Assembly (NCBI RefSeq): GCF_006345805.1
Contig: NC_043002.1
Coordinates: forward strand, 28,954,001 to 29,018,000
Reading direction: 5' to 3'
Source: Octopus sinensis
Taxonomy: Eukaryota
DNA: 64,000 nt
Positions 63,349-64,000 of the stretch are shown in pieces (the stretch's first letter is position 1; each line of letters begins with the position of its first letter). Position numbers and translations under genes: made by a program. Below the pieces are notes generated by a model. It searched no databases. It was not told where the DNA came from and was given only the letters and a program-made list of their open reading frames with translations.

Positions 63349-64000
63349 AACTTTTGCATGCCATGTTTTGGAATGAAAAGAAAACTAAATTCATGAAACA
63401 GAAGATAATTGTACTCAGTGGGTTTGAATTCAAATTTCCTAATTTTATCCCATCCAACGAATCACTTTTTATAGATATCTGTCTGCTATTTATTTATTTA
63501 TTTTTTAAAGAAATTATTAAAGAATGAGATATACATGCAACGAAACTAAACTCGAAACAGGCACATTACTTCTAATGCTTCCTGGCCACTAATAACACAT
63601 TGTACTATTCATAATCTTATCCCAACTGGGATTTCTTTTTGAAAACATTTAAATTATAAATATTGTTCCTGTTTTGAATATCTTATTTTCTTAGAAAAAT
63701 CATGAAACCTTTACACACCCAGCGCTCCCCTCATGATATCTGTCACCCCTTAGGAGATCATGACACTACAAGGAACACTAGCGCACCAGGAAAAATAACT
63801 ACTGGTTTTGCAGGAGTGGGAGATATTAACTCCGATATAAAATTTTTCCTATTTGTGAAATACAAACACACAAAACTTTATGGAAATTAATAAATTTCAA
63901 TTAATTATGAGCTTCGAAGTAGCTCATATTTAATACGTTTTAATAATATTTTATACTGATCTTATGAACCGGGCATAATTTTTGTTTGCTTTAAATAGCT

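Overview
AT-rich, microsatellite-dense eukaryotic intronic or intergenic DNA. The SINE, LINE and microsatellite content suggests an octopus (coleoid cephalopod) genome, which is an inference. I found no host protein-coding exon, and most ORFs in the track are translations of simple repeats. The window holds a 5'-truncated RTE LINE with a PHD finger, a CR1 3' fragment, Penelope-like remnants, Tc1/mariner relics, non-autonomous Helitrons, MITEs, several tRNA-derived SINE families and a truncated tRNA-Asp. Two things stand out. (1) A 16,763-bp segment (22547-39309) is bounded by long imperfect GGATCTTTTC terminal inverted repeats and an exact 8-bp target-site duplication (TAAACGGG). It contains more ends of the same family, a second 8-bp target (AGTGTTTA) duplicated in inverted orientation beside its empty site, and inverted or chimeric duplications, so it looks like a compound macro-transposon built by alternative transposition. 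(2) There are at least six minimal type I hammerhead ribozyme motifs of the Penelope/retrozyme type, and the one at 16171-16252 looks intact.
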